The notes under the pieces were generated by a model. The model was not told the DNA's origin and searched no databases. It was given only the letters and a program-made list of their open reading frames with translations. A stretch of 64,000 nucleotides of DNA from an uncultured delta proteobacterium (GTDB lineage Bacteria; Myxococcota_A; Polyangia; Fen-1088), in contig CAWCMR010000022.1 in the NCBI GenBank assembly GCA_963796685.1, forward strand, positions 32,001 to 96,000, written 5' to 3'. Of the stretch, positions 30,604-39,641 are shown piece after piece. A program made the translations under genes and the position numbers. Position 1 is the stretch's first letter; every line of letters begins with the position of its first letter.

Positions 30604-31680
30604 TCACAAACGTTCGGCTGCGGCGCGGATTGCTGCTTCGCTGGGCGGGGTCACCGAGCCGCGCGGGTCGCGACCGTTCTGGAACTCGACCATCCAGCCG
30701 GGATACTCGGGGGGAAGCGCACTGGATTGGTCCAACAGCGCGACATGCGCGGGCGATAGGCGAAGGTCGGCCGCGCCCAGGTTGTCCGCCAACTGTTCGG
30801 TCTTCTTGGCCCCGATGATCACGCTGGTGACGAAGGGTTTGGTCAGCTGCCAGGCGAGGGCGATGCGCGCAACGGAAGCGCCGGTTTCGTCGGCGACCTT
30901 GCGTAGCGCCCCGAGCACGCGGGGTAGGCGTTCCATGTTCACGGGCGGAAAGTCGAAGTTGCTCCGGCGCGCATCCGCCGGGCCGTTTTTGTTGGGATCG
31001 AACTTGCCCGACAGAATCCCTCCGGCCAGCGGGCTCCACGGCAGAATGGCAAGTCCCTCGGCCTGGCACAGCGGTGCGATCTCGCGCTCGATATCGCGAC
31101 CGACCAGCGAGTAATAGACCTGGGCGCTTTGAAAGCGGGCGAGGCCGTTCTGTTCGGCAAAGGTGATGGCCTTCGCGGCCACCCAGGCCGGCAAATTGCT
31201 GAAGCCAAGATAGCGGGCTTTGCCCATACGGACGACGTCGTCGAGGGCGCGCAGGGTTTCTTCGATGGGCGTGACCGGATCGAAGCCGTGGATCTGATAG
31301 AGATCGACATGGTCAAGACCTAGCCGCTGCAGGCTGCCGTCGATACTGGCGAGAATGTGCGCGCGAGAGAGTCCGACCTGATTGATGCCCGGACCGATGC
31401 GACCGCGTACCTTGGTGGCCACGACGATCTGCTCGCGCGGGCGATTCAAGGTCTTGAGGGCCTCGCCGACCAGTCGTTCACTCTCGCCCTCTGAGTACAC
31501 ATCGGCGGTATCGATGAAGTTCACGCCAGTGTCCAGTGCCGCAGCCACCAACCCAAGCGACTCTTTCTGTCCCAGGCGACCAATGGCCTGCCACATGCCG
31601 CTTCCGCCACCAAATGTCATCGAGCCAAGACAAAGCTCGGAAACGTAAAGACCAGTCCTGCCAAGTAGGTTGTAGCGCAT
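30604..31680 (-). CDS. Aldo/keto reductase
   Basis: LGRTGLYVSELCLGSM, DTADVY, ATK, DLYQIH, WSPLAGG. Confidence 0.94.
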   Translation of the reverse strand: MRYNLLGRTGLYVSELCLGSMTFGGGSGMWQAIGRLGQKESLGLVAAALDTGVNFIDTADVYSEGESERLVGEALKTLNRPREQIVVATKVRGRIGPGINQVGLSRAHILASIDGSLQRLGLDHVDLYQIHGFDPVTPIEETLRALDDVVRMGKARYLGFSNLPAWVAAKAITFAEQNGLARFQSAQVYYSLVGRDIEREIAPLCQAEGLAILPWSPLAGGILSGKFDPNKNGPADARRSNFDFPPVNMERLPRVLGALRKVADETGASVARIALAWQLTKPFVTSVIIGAKKTEQLADNLGAADLRLSPAHVALLDQSSALPPEYPGWMVEFQNGRDPRGSVTPPSEAAIRAAAERL

Positions 31681-31853
31681 GCTTTCGCTATGACGTGGAG
31701 CCAGCCCGGAGTCAAGGCTCGATCAAAGGTTGGGGCAAGCCTTTGCGTCTCTGCCGTCATCAGGCGGCCGCAGCCACCACATACTTGCCGAGTCGACGGC
31801 CAGAAGAAACGTCCGACGCCACTTTTCATTCGCCAAAGCCTCCGGGGCTGCGC

Positions 31854-33416
31854 CTACTGTCGCTTGCGGCGGAGGCGCACAACCCACACTGCCGCCAAGA
31901 AGAGCAAACCAGCGGTGCTGCTTCTGTCGCGGCCTCGGTGTCCCAACACGCACGTGCAGCCGCTATCGCTCGCTCTTTGCACCGCGGACGACGAGCCTCC
32001 CGAGCCGGACTTTCCCCCCGTGTCGGTTGCGCCGCCACTGCCGGTCCCTCCACCTGCACCCGCGCTGCTGCCGCCATGGCTGGCCACGCTGCCGCCCACG
32101 CCGGGTGAGCCGCCGCTCCCGCTGCTGCCTCCCTTGTTGTCGCCGCCCGCACCGCTGCCCGAGCTTCCGGCACTGCCCGAGCTTCCGCCGCTGTCCGAGC
32201 TTCCGCCGCTGCCCGACGTTCCGCCGCTGCCCGAGCCGCCGCCGGCGCTGCCCGACGTTCCGCCACTGGCGGCGGAGGTATCACTGCCAGGGGTAGCATC
32301 GCGGCCGGCCGCCCCACCATCGCGCACGGTGGTGGAGCCCCCCGTGCCTGTGGCACCGCCTGCGCCGCTGGTTCCTCCCAATCCACTAGCCCCACCGGCC
32401 CCACCACTGCCGCCGCCAGGAATGGCATCCGGGCACGCTGCCGTCTCGGGATCCTGGTCGCTGGCCTTGTCGAGGCCGAAGTACGCGGCGGTGGCACTGC
32501 CGTCGAACGGCACCGCGTGCCCGACGCCGGACAATGCGAAGGTCTCGTAGACCGTGTAGCCACATTTGCTCTTCCAGTACTGGTGGGTGGTTCCGCTCTT
32601 CGGGGTGTCGGTCCCGTCGGGGGTCGAGCTCAAGTCGAGAAGGTTGGTCCACTCCTTGATGTCCTCGGCCATGTTCTTGTAATTGAGCGTGGTGTCCGAG
32701 GTGCCGTGCCAGTGTTGCATGCGCGGACGATGCCCGGTGTAACCCGGAAAATAGGATCGAACCAAATCCCCCCACTGCTGCGCGGTCTTGACCACGCTGC
32801 CGTTCGCGCAGTCGCCGCTCCACTGACCGGTACCATCCGAGGGCTTGCCGGTGACATCGTTGTAGTTCACGCCCCAACAGCCGCACGGGACCCCCATGAG
32901 CGAGATGCCTGCCATGAAGACATCGGGATACACGCCCAGCAACGCCTCGGTCATGATCCCGCCCGAGGAGCCACCCACCGTATACACACGATTCGCGTCG
33001 CCACCGTATTTGGACAGGGCGTACTTCACCATCTGCACGACGGCGCCGGTGTCGCCCTTGCCCCCGTGGCTGAGCGAGCGCGCCGAGCCGGCGTCCCAAC
33101 AGTTCTGTCCGGTGGCCTCGGGAAAGATCATGATGAAGCCGGTCTTGTCCGAGATGGACAGCAAGCTCGACGATTCGCTGTAGCTCGACGAGGCGGTCCC
33201 CTGGCAGTGATGGGGCACGACCACGATGGGCGGCTTGCTGGCCTGCTGCGCGGGCACGTAGATGTACATGTTCACGTAGCTAGGCAGACCGGTGACGCTC
33301 TCCCACCAGACGCTCTGCTCGACCTTCTGCATGGAAGCTGCACGCGCCGGCAGTGCGCACAGCAGCCCGAGCAGGAGCGAGGTCAGGACGAAGAGGTGAT
33401 GCCAGATTCGATTCAT
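31854..33416 (-). CDS. CE1/PHB-depolymerase-family esterase (acetyl xylan esterase-like) with Gly-rich stalk and MYXO-CTERM
   Basis: Signal peptide; MYIYVP, HHC, CWD, GGSSGG nucleophile, WHGTSD, GVGH; C-terminal SGCTC-hydrophobic-RLRRKRQ. Confidence 0.85.
   Translation of the reverse strand: MNRIWHHLFVLTSLLLGLLCALPARAASMQKVEQSVWWESVTGLPSYVNMYIYVPAQQASKPPIVVVPHHCQGTASSSYSESSSLLSISDKTGFIMIFPEATGQNCWDAGSARSLSHGGKGDTGAVVQMVKYALSKYGGDANRVYTVGGSSGGIMTEALLGVYPDVFMAGISLMGVPCGCWGVNYNDVTGKPSDGTGQWSGDCANGSVVKTAQQWGDLVRSYFPGYTGHRPRMQHWHGTSDTTLNYKNMAEDIKEWTNLLDLSSTPDGTDTPKSGTTHQYWKSKCGYTVYETFALSGVGHAVPFDGSATAAYFGLDKASDQDPETAACPDAIPGGGSGGAGGASGLGGTSGAGGATGTGGSTTVRDGGAAGRDATPGSDTSAASGGTSGSAGGGSGSGGTSGSGGSSDSGGSSGSAGSSGSGAGGDNKGGSSGSGGSPGVGGSVASHGGSSAGAGGGTGSGGATDTGGKSGSGGSSSAVQRASDSGCTCVLGHRGRDRSSTAGLLFLAAVWVVRLRRKRQ
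32150..32265. repeat. 18-bp degenerate coding repeats (Gly/Ser linker)
   Basis: Repeated ccgctgcccgagcttccg-like units. Confidence 0.7.
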
Positions 33417-33812
33417 CGTTTGTTGCTCCACTGAATGTTCAAGGCGTTGGAAGAAGTCTGCGACGAAGCGGCACCGACGAGATCGGCGCTGCCCCAACAC
33501 GGCTGTCCGCCGCAAAAACCCGGTACCAAGTCGAATCGGCCCGAGTTTCCCGAGTTTTCCCGAGATTTCTCAGGGGCTTGGCCCGTGGTAGGCATTTTTC
33601 CGCGATGTTTGTCGAAACCCTCGAGACCGTGTCGAGCGTTGAGCATAAGGCATTCAAGCGCCACTTTCCCTTCGTTTTCATGTCGAGGCCAACCACGCTT
33701 CCCGCCCGGCGTCGAGGTCGCTGGACCGGGCTCCATCAGGGGCGTTACACGATGCACCGTGTAGCTGATGACCACCCGTGTCTGGCCTGGCTTCGATGCT
33801 ATCTTACTCGGC

Positions 33813-34754
33813 ATGAATCCGCCGCTGAACGTAGGTGCTGGCCACAAAGGCCTGAAGAGCGAGGCCATGAAAGTGGCCCTGGACGAGGCCCTGCGCGGCC
33901 GCCTGGACGATCTGCAGGGGTTGCTCGCACGCCATGGCAACATGCCCTCGCCGAAGCCGAATCTCGAATTGGCCGCAGCGTTTGGGGTCGAGGCCGCCGC
34001 CCAGACACGCGACGTGACGGCCCTTCTGACCACGTTGGCGGCCACCCATACCGAGGCCGATACTGCGGACGTCTTCGTGCCCATTGCCGCGGCCTACGGT
34101 TGGGTTGCTTTGCTGCGTTCATCGCCCGACAACCGGGACGCCTGGAACGCGGTCCACGAATTCCTGGCCGACGAGCGAACGCCTGTCCGCACGGGTATTC
34201 GAGACGCGCTCGTGCGCCATTGCGGCTACCCGTATCAGGCGGATCGGCTGATAGCCCAGGGCCTGCGCTGGATGGAGGAAGACGGCGACGAGCCGCAGTT
34301 TGGTGTGGCGGCGGTGCTCCTGGAGCTCTTCGCCAAGAAGACAATCACCAACAAGGTGGCTGACCCGTCCGTGCTGTGGGAATTCCTGTCGCGGGTCTTG
34401 GCGATCGTGTCGAATGCGTCCCGCTCTGCATCCCGCCGGGATGCGTATCGTCGCTTGCTGGCCGCGCTTCCCCCGGGCATCGCGGCTTGCGTGGCCAACG
34501 TCGGCTCGGCTAGCGGGCTGGCCCAAGCTGCCCACGCTTGGCTGAAGAACGAATGCACCCTCGCACGCGAAGAGTCGGTTCGCGGCCTTCTGTCCGAGAC
34601 CATCATTCAACTGCGCTCACCGGCGCACGGCCTCGCTGCTGGCCAGGTCGACGCTCTTCACGCGGCCTTGGCTGCGGGAACCAAGCCTACCCGCCGGGCG
34701 GAACGCATGCGACCTGGCCAGGGCAGGGGGAAGCTTTCCCGGCAGACCAGATAG
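33813..34754 (+). CDS. Conserved hypothetical alpha-helical (HEAT-like) protein
   Basis: MPSPKPNLELAAAFG resembles the LPGPRxNLELA-type hypothetical family; Ala/Leu-rich helices; start uncertain (33813 or 33867). Confidence 0.6.
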   Translation: MNPPLNVGAGHKGLKSEAMKVALDEALRGRLDDLQGLLARHGNMPSPKPNLELAAAFGVEAAAQTRDVTALLTTLAATHTEADTADVFVPIAAAYGWVALLRSSPDNRDAWNAVHEFLADERTPVRTGIRDALVRHCGYPYQADRLIAQGLRWMEEDGDEPQFGVAAVLLELFAKKTITNKVADPSVLWEFLSRVLAIVSNASRSASRRDAYRRLLAALPPGIAACVANVGSASGLAQAAHAWLKNECTLAREESVRGLLSETIIQLRSPAHGLAAGQVDALHAALAAGTKPTRRAERMRPGQGRGKLSRQTR

Positions 34755-34997
34755 AGGTCTGCGCCGGACCAATCGGTGGCGCAGGTAGGAGCCGAATTTC
34801 TCGACGATGGTTTACGGCTCCGCAGCCGTCATCTCCCCAGGGACCGCGCGCGGCTGCAACCGCTTCCGTCAGGGATGGCTTCTCCCGGCCGGGTGGAGCT
34901 TCGACCGCCTCCGATATAGGGTTGTTGCGCAACCTGCACGTTGACACCCAGTCGGGTTGACAGGGCGACGGGCGCCGCTCAGATTTGTCGTCGAGCA

Positions 34998-36065
34998 ATG
35001 TCCACCCTTCGTGCCACGCTCGAACAGGCTGCGGCCGGGTTGGTCCTGGCCACGGGGCAACGTCACACCATCATCATCCCCTCGAAGATCGTGCGTGTGC
35101 GCATGGTGGGGATGCTCTTCGACACCGACAAGACCTTCCTGCTCCCGTCCTCGATGGCCGGCATCCAACGTCTCAAGCAGCTCTACGACGAGCACCACCC
35201 CAAGACCGTCCTGGTGTCTGGGCACACCGACCGGGCCGGGTCCGCCGATCACAACCTGACCCTGTCGGTAGAGCGCGCGCAAGCGGTGGCGGCGTTTCTG
35301 CAAGACGACGTCGACGACTGGCTGCCGCGCTACCGGGCGGGCCAGCACAAGTCGCTGACTTGGGGCGTGCGCGAGGACCAGCTCATGCTGGCGTATCTGC
35401 GCGACGGGAGCGGCAAGCCGTACCTGGTCGGCGCGGTCAGTAGCAAGTCCGGCCCTGCCACGCGGGACGCCACCCACCGTTTTCAAGCCGACAACGGGCT
35501 CGCCCAAGCGGCCATGAACGACGACACCCGGCGCATCCTCATCCGGAAGTACATGGCGACGGACGGCACGACCCTGCCCGACGACGCCACGCTGGCCATC
35601 CACGGCTGCGGGGAATCGCACCCGTCGGTGCCCACCGCGGACAGCGTGGCCTTGGCCGAGAATCGTCGGGTCGAGATCTTCTTCTTCTCCGGACCGGCCA
35701 AGCCACCGCCGGTCGACCCTTGCCCGTCAGGGGGATGCGCCGAGTACCCGCAGTGGGTGGCGCGCTCGTCGCAGACCATCGACATCAATGCAGCGCCCGA
35801 GGTCGTCGTGTTCCTGGTCGACGAGCTGGGCCTGCCCCTGCGCAACGCCGCGGTCCGCCTGCTCTTGCCGGGCGGCGCCAAGGAAGAGGCCCAGACCGAC
35901 GAGCACGGCACGGTCCGACCCCGCGTCGCCCCCGGCACCGCGTTCGACGTCGTGGTCCTCGACGTGCACGAGGGCGGGGCGCAGGACTCCCTCACCACAC
36001 CCTCCGGGCACCACTTCGCCGCGGGTGGCGTCGCGCCGGCAACCGACTCGGGAGGTGGCGCGTGA
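34998..36065 (+). CDS. OmpA-like domain protein with inserted peptidoglycan-binding segment and C-terminal transthyretin-like module; no signal peptide
   Basis: FDTDK, GHTDRAG..NLTLSVERAQAV, GPATRDATHRFQADNGL, GCGESHP, ENRRVEIF; VFLVDELGLPL..TDEHG. Confidence 0.82.
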   Translation: MSTLRATLEQAAAGLVLATGQRHTIIIPSKIVRVRMVGMLFDTDKTFLLPSSMAGIQRLKQLYDEHHPKTVLVSGHTDRAGSADHNLTLSVERAQAVAAFLQDDVDDWLPRYRAGQHKSLTWGVREDQLMLAYLRDGSGKPYLVGAVSSKSGPATRDATHRFQADNGLAQAAMNDDTRRILIRKYMATDGTTLPDDATLAIHGCGESHPSVPTADSVALAENRRVEIFFFSGPAKPPPVDPCPSGGCAEYPQWVARSSQTIDINAAPEVVVFLVDELGLPLRNAAVRLLLPGGAKEEAQTDEHGTVRPRVAPGTAFDVVVLDVHEGGAQDSLTTPSGHHFAAGGVAPATDSGGGA

Positions 36066-37249
36066 CCCCGCGGGTGGCGTTCGTGCCGAGCACGCGCACG
36101 CAACCGCTGCGACTGCACGAGCTGGGCTTGACCCCGGAAGGGCACTGGGGGTTGATCGACGACGACGTGTGGCTGGGCGCCCAGGCCGCGCACGAGGTCG
36201 AGCTGCTCTATCTTTCCCACCCCGATTACCTGCACGCGGTCCGGCACCTCGATGCCGGCCAGATCGGCGAGGCCGTGCTGCGCCGGCGTCGGGTCTTCTC
36301 TGCTGCTCTGCCCAGCCAGGCCTTGGGCGAGGTCGCTCTGGCCGTGTCCCGCTGTATCTCGGCGATACCGGTCGGTGCATCGACCGGCGACGTCGTGCCG
36401 GATCTCCTGGCGGCCCTGGCCTCCTTCACCACCATGCCCCGCCTGGCCCACACCTCCCCCCTCGTGCTCATCGACTATCTGCGCGACGGCGAGGCCGAGG
36501 TCATCGCCCAGATCGAATCGCCGTCCATGTGCGCGGCCCAACCTGCCGGCGGCGGGCTCGATCCCGACGGCTCGGAGCGGGAGATCCGACGCCGATTCGC
36601 CACCGAGCTGGGCGCGATCGCGGCCGAGCGGGATCGCAGCGCCGACGTGCGTTTTCTTCCCTATGTCGATGTGTCGCGCACCTACTACGTCGAGCCCGCG
36701 AACCCCGAGGTGAAAAAGCGCGCCCACTTCCTGGGCGATCCGGTCCGAGACTGGGGCCAGGGCATGCTCTTGCCCCTGCCCGAGCGGGTGGCTGCCGACG
36801 TGAAGGTACTCGGGCATCGGCTGACCGTGGTGTTCCCGGCCGCCGGGCCCTTCCTGGGCGCCTTGCAGGAATGCACGGGGCCGCAGCTGGACGTGGAGCT
36901 GCACGAGCGCCTGAGCGCGCCCGGCCTCGCGGCCCATCTCGACCAGCAGCGACTGGAGCAGGCGGTCCTGCGCTCGGCGGCGCTGCTCGTGGCGGGTGCG
37001 GATGCGGAGCTTGGGCCAATTTTGCGCGCCCAGACCGAGCTGGAGGCGTCGGCCCTGCCAGGCTGGCTGACCCACGCTCAGGGTACGTTCTCGTCCTTGT
37101 CCGACCTGCCCCAGGAGCTGGCGGCCATCGTCGATACCGCCACCCTGCTGGCCGGGCTGTGCCGGCTCAAGGACAAGCCGGCCATCGCCGGCAAGGTCGA
37201 GGCGCTCGGCCGCGCGCTCTCGCACGTGGCCCGGGAAGCGAGGAGCTGA
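36062..37249 (+). CDS. Hypothetical protein (395 aa), paralog of 38445-39641
   Basis: GTGA overlap with upstream stop; GC3-biased frame; visible similarity to the 38445 protein. Confidence 0.72.
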   Translation: MTPRVAFVPSTRTQPLRLHELGLTPEGHWGLIDDDVWLGAQAAHEVELLYLSHPDYLHAVRHLDAGQIGEAVLRRRRVFSAALPSQALGEVALAVSRCISAIPVGASTGDVVPDLLAALASFTTMPRLAHTSPLVLIDYLRDGEAEVIAQIESPSMCAAQPAGGGLDPDGSEREIRRRFATELGAIAAERDRSADVRFLPYVDVSRTYYVEPANPEVKKRAHFLGDPVRDWGQGMLLPLPERVAADVKVLGHRLTVVFPAAGPFLGALQECTGPQLDVELHERLSAPGLAAHLDQQRLEQAVLRSAALLVAGADAELGPILRAQTELEASALPGWLTHAQGTFSSLSDLPQELAAIVDTATLLAGLCRLKDKPAIAGKVEALGRALSHVAREARS

Positions 37250-37254
37250 TCGAC

Positions 37255-38448
37255 ATGGCCGCCTTCTACCACCTGTGGCACCACCCTGATCTCGACGGCA
37301 GCGCCCCCTTCGCCACTGTCGATCTCGACATCCCGGCCATCCAGGGTGGCAAGACCGAATCCAAGTCGTTCCAAAGCCTGAAGAACGACATGGCCAAGCT
37401 GCGCGACGACGGCGTGGGCAAGGGCATCGTGGACGGCAGCATCGTCGACGTGGGCAAGAGCACCGAGAGCCGGGAGCTGTGGGCCCTCAAGGTGGGCAAG
37501 GGCGCAGACCACAAGATCCTGGTCACCGGCTGCCACCATGCCCGGGAATGGATCTCGGTCGAGGTGCCCTTCCTGGTGGCCAAGTTCCTCATCGACAACT
37601 ACGCGGACGCGCCCACGGACGAGAAGGGCAAGCGCATCAAGCACCTGCTCGACAATCGCGAGATCTGGTTCGTACCGCTGGTCAATCCCGACGGCCACTG
37701 GCACTCGGCGATGAAGCTGCGCCTGTGGCGGCCCAATCGCCGCAAGGTCACCTTCGATCACGACCAGACCCTGCGCGCGCCCAGATTCGGCGGGGGCACG
37801 CGGACCATCAACATCAAGGCCGGAACCTACCAGGGCATCGATCTGAATCGCAACTACCCGAGCAAGCACTGGGGCGAGGAGACCCAAGCCACCAGCCGGA
37901 ACCCGGCCGACGCGCAGTGGGGCATCTGGGCCGGCCCCTCGGCGGGCTCGGAGGTCGAGACCCAGCTCATGGTCTCCTTGATCAAGGATCAGAAGTTTCG
38001 CTCGGGCATCACCTACCACAACTTCAGCCAGCTTCTGCTCTATCCGCCCGCAGCCCGCAAGGACGCCTTCACCCAGTTCGTGGGCCAGGGCATGAGCAAG
38101 CTCATCGACGCCAACGGCAACCCCTACCGGTACATGTCCGGCGACGATCTGTATCCGACCACGGGCGATCTGATGGAATACATGTACGGCGTGCTGCCCG
38201 GCCGCCCGAATTTCACCCCCGAGCTGCGCCCCAAGGACGGTGCGCCCGACGAGCGCGCCTTCAGCGGCCTGCCCGAGGACGAGATCGAGCCGACCTTCAA
38301 GGAGAACCTGGGCGCGGCCATGGCCCTCATCAACTGCGCCGGGTTCGATGCCCCGGCCAAGGAGGTGACCATCCGGTGGTCGCCGGACACCACGGTTGGA
38401 CAGGTGGTACGCAACGGCTGGCGTGTCTTCGAGGGGCCGGCCCCATGA
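37255..38448 (+). CDS. M14 zinc carboxypeptidase (carboxypeptidase T-like), no signal peptide
   Basis: HHAREW, VNPDG, GIDLNRNY, GSEVET, TYHNFSQ, FTPELRP; RBS aggag. Confidence 0.9.
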   Translation: MAAFYHLWHHPDLDGSAPFATVDLDIPAIQGGKTESKSFQSLKNDMAKLRDDGVGKGIVDGSIVDVGKSTESRELWALKVGKGADHKILVTGCHHAREWISVEVPFLVAKFLIDNYADAPTDEKGKRIKHLLDNREIWFVPLVNPDGHWHSAMKLRLWRPNRRKVTFDHDQTLRAPRFGGGTRTINIKAGTYQGIDLNRNYPSKHWGEETQATSRNPADAQWGIWAGPSAGSEVETQLMVSLIKDQKFRSGITYHNFSQLLLYPPAARKDAFTQFVGQGMSKLIDANGNPYRYMSGDDLYPTTGDLMEYMYGVLPGRPNFTPELRPKDGAPDERAFSGLPEDEIEPTFKENLGAAMALINCAGFDAPAKEVTIRWSPDTTVGQVVRNGWRVFEGPAP

Positions 38449-39641
38449 GCGTGGGGAGCTGGATCATGGTGCTGGGAGCCATCGGGATGGGTCGCGCCGC
38501 TGCCACGCCGGGCGAGCGAATCGTGCTGTGCAAGGATCCAGCGGGCATCTGCCGGCAGGGCACCGTGCTGGGCAAGAGCACGCACGGGATCTGGGCCCAG
38601 GTCGCCGACGACGCCGTGCTGGCCGCGCATCCTGTGCCGAGGGTGCTGTACTTCTCCGTGCCCGAGTACCAAGACGCCATGTCCGGGCTGTCCGACAAGG
38701 AGCGCGCACAGGCCATCCTTCGCCGGGACGAGGTCGTCGCGGGCAACCTGTCCGGCTGCCTGTTCGCGCAGCTCACGCGGGACCTGAAGGACAGCGCGCC
38801 CGGCGCCACCCGCGCGGATCTCGACGCCCTGATCGAGGCCGCGGCCGTGCTCGACGGCGGCAGCGAGCGCCTGCGCGGCTCGGGTGCCGGAGAGCTCCTG
38901 GACATGGCCAGCGCGGATCTGGCCCAGCTCGTGGTCGAGCTGCCCAAGGGCCCCCTGGTCGAGGCCTTCGCCAAGCAGGCCGAGGCCGTGGGCCGCCTGG
39001 CCACCGGCCTACGCAAGGACGGCAGCCGCTCGCCATTGCCCTTCGCCGAGCCGAGAGCCGTGTTCTTCATCCCCTCGCTGCCCGAGAAGGAGCTCCTCGT
39101 GCTGCGCGCCCTCGCGGGCTATCCGCACGCGTGGCATGGTGGCGTGGTCGCCATCGTGGATCGACACCAGCTCGCGCAGGCCCCCTTCAAGGGGCGTGCG
39201 CTCGAGCAGCTCTACCCAGGGCCCGCCGACTATCTCGCGGATCTGACCGAGCTGACGGCCGCCCAATTGGATCGCCGTCTGGCGACCCGCCTCAGGTCGG
39301 GCTTCGACCGGAACGGCTTCGTGGCCGAGCTGGCCTTTCGCCACGCCATCCTCTGTCGCGCGCTGACCACCCTGGCGCAGAAGAGCCGCATGCCCTGGGC
39401 CACCGAGTGGCAGGCCATCGACGCGATGGACGTCGACAATCTGCAACGGGTCCTGGCCGCGACCCGGCCCACCGCCACCTCGGAGCGCGAGCCTCGGGTC
39501 GACCGTGCACGCGGCGATTTCGCCTTGGCCGCCGGGCTCCTGCGCGATGGCGATGCCAGGCACCGGGCCATGTTGGTCAAGGCCACCGACGCCCTGTCGA
39601 AGCTTGCCCTTGGCAAGGGCTGGCCAAGGACCGACCCATGA
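38445..39641 (+). CDS. Hypothetical protein (398 aa), paralog of 36062-37249, possible signal peptide
   Basis: ATGA overlaps at both ends; hydrophobic N-terminus ending RAAA. Confidence 0.75.
   Translation: MSVGSWIMVLGAIGMGRAAATPGERIVLCKDPAGICRQGTVLGKSTHGIWAQVADDAVLAAHPVPRVLYFSVPEYQDAMSGLSDKERAQAILRRDEVVAGNLSGCLFAQLTRDLKDSAPGATRADLDALIEAAAVLDGGSERLRGSGAGELLDMASADLAQLVVELPKGPLVEAFAKQAEAVGRLATGLRKDGSRSPLPFAEPRAVFFIPSLPEKELLVLRALAGYPHAWHGGVVAIVDRHQLAQAPFKGRALEQLYPGPADYLADLTELTAAQLDRRLATRLRSGFDRNGFVAELAFRHAILCRALTTLAQKSRMPWATEWQAIDAMDVDNLQRVLAATRPTATSEREPRVDRARGDFALAAGLLRDGDARHRAMLVKATDALSKLALGKGWPRTDP

Noticed and set aside
34941-34985. Two TTGACA hexamers upstream of the 34998 operon
   Set aside because: No convincing -10 element at correct spacing; not called as a promoter
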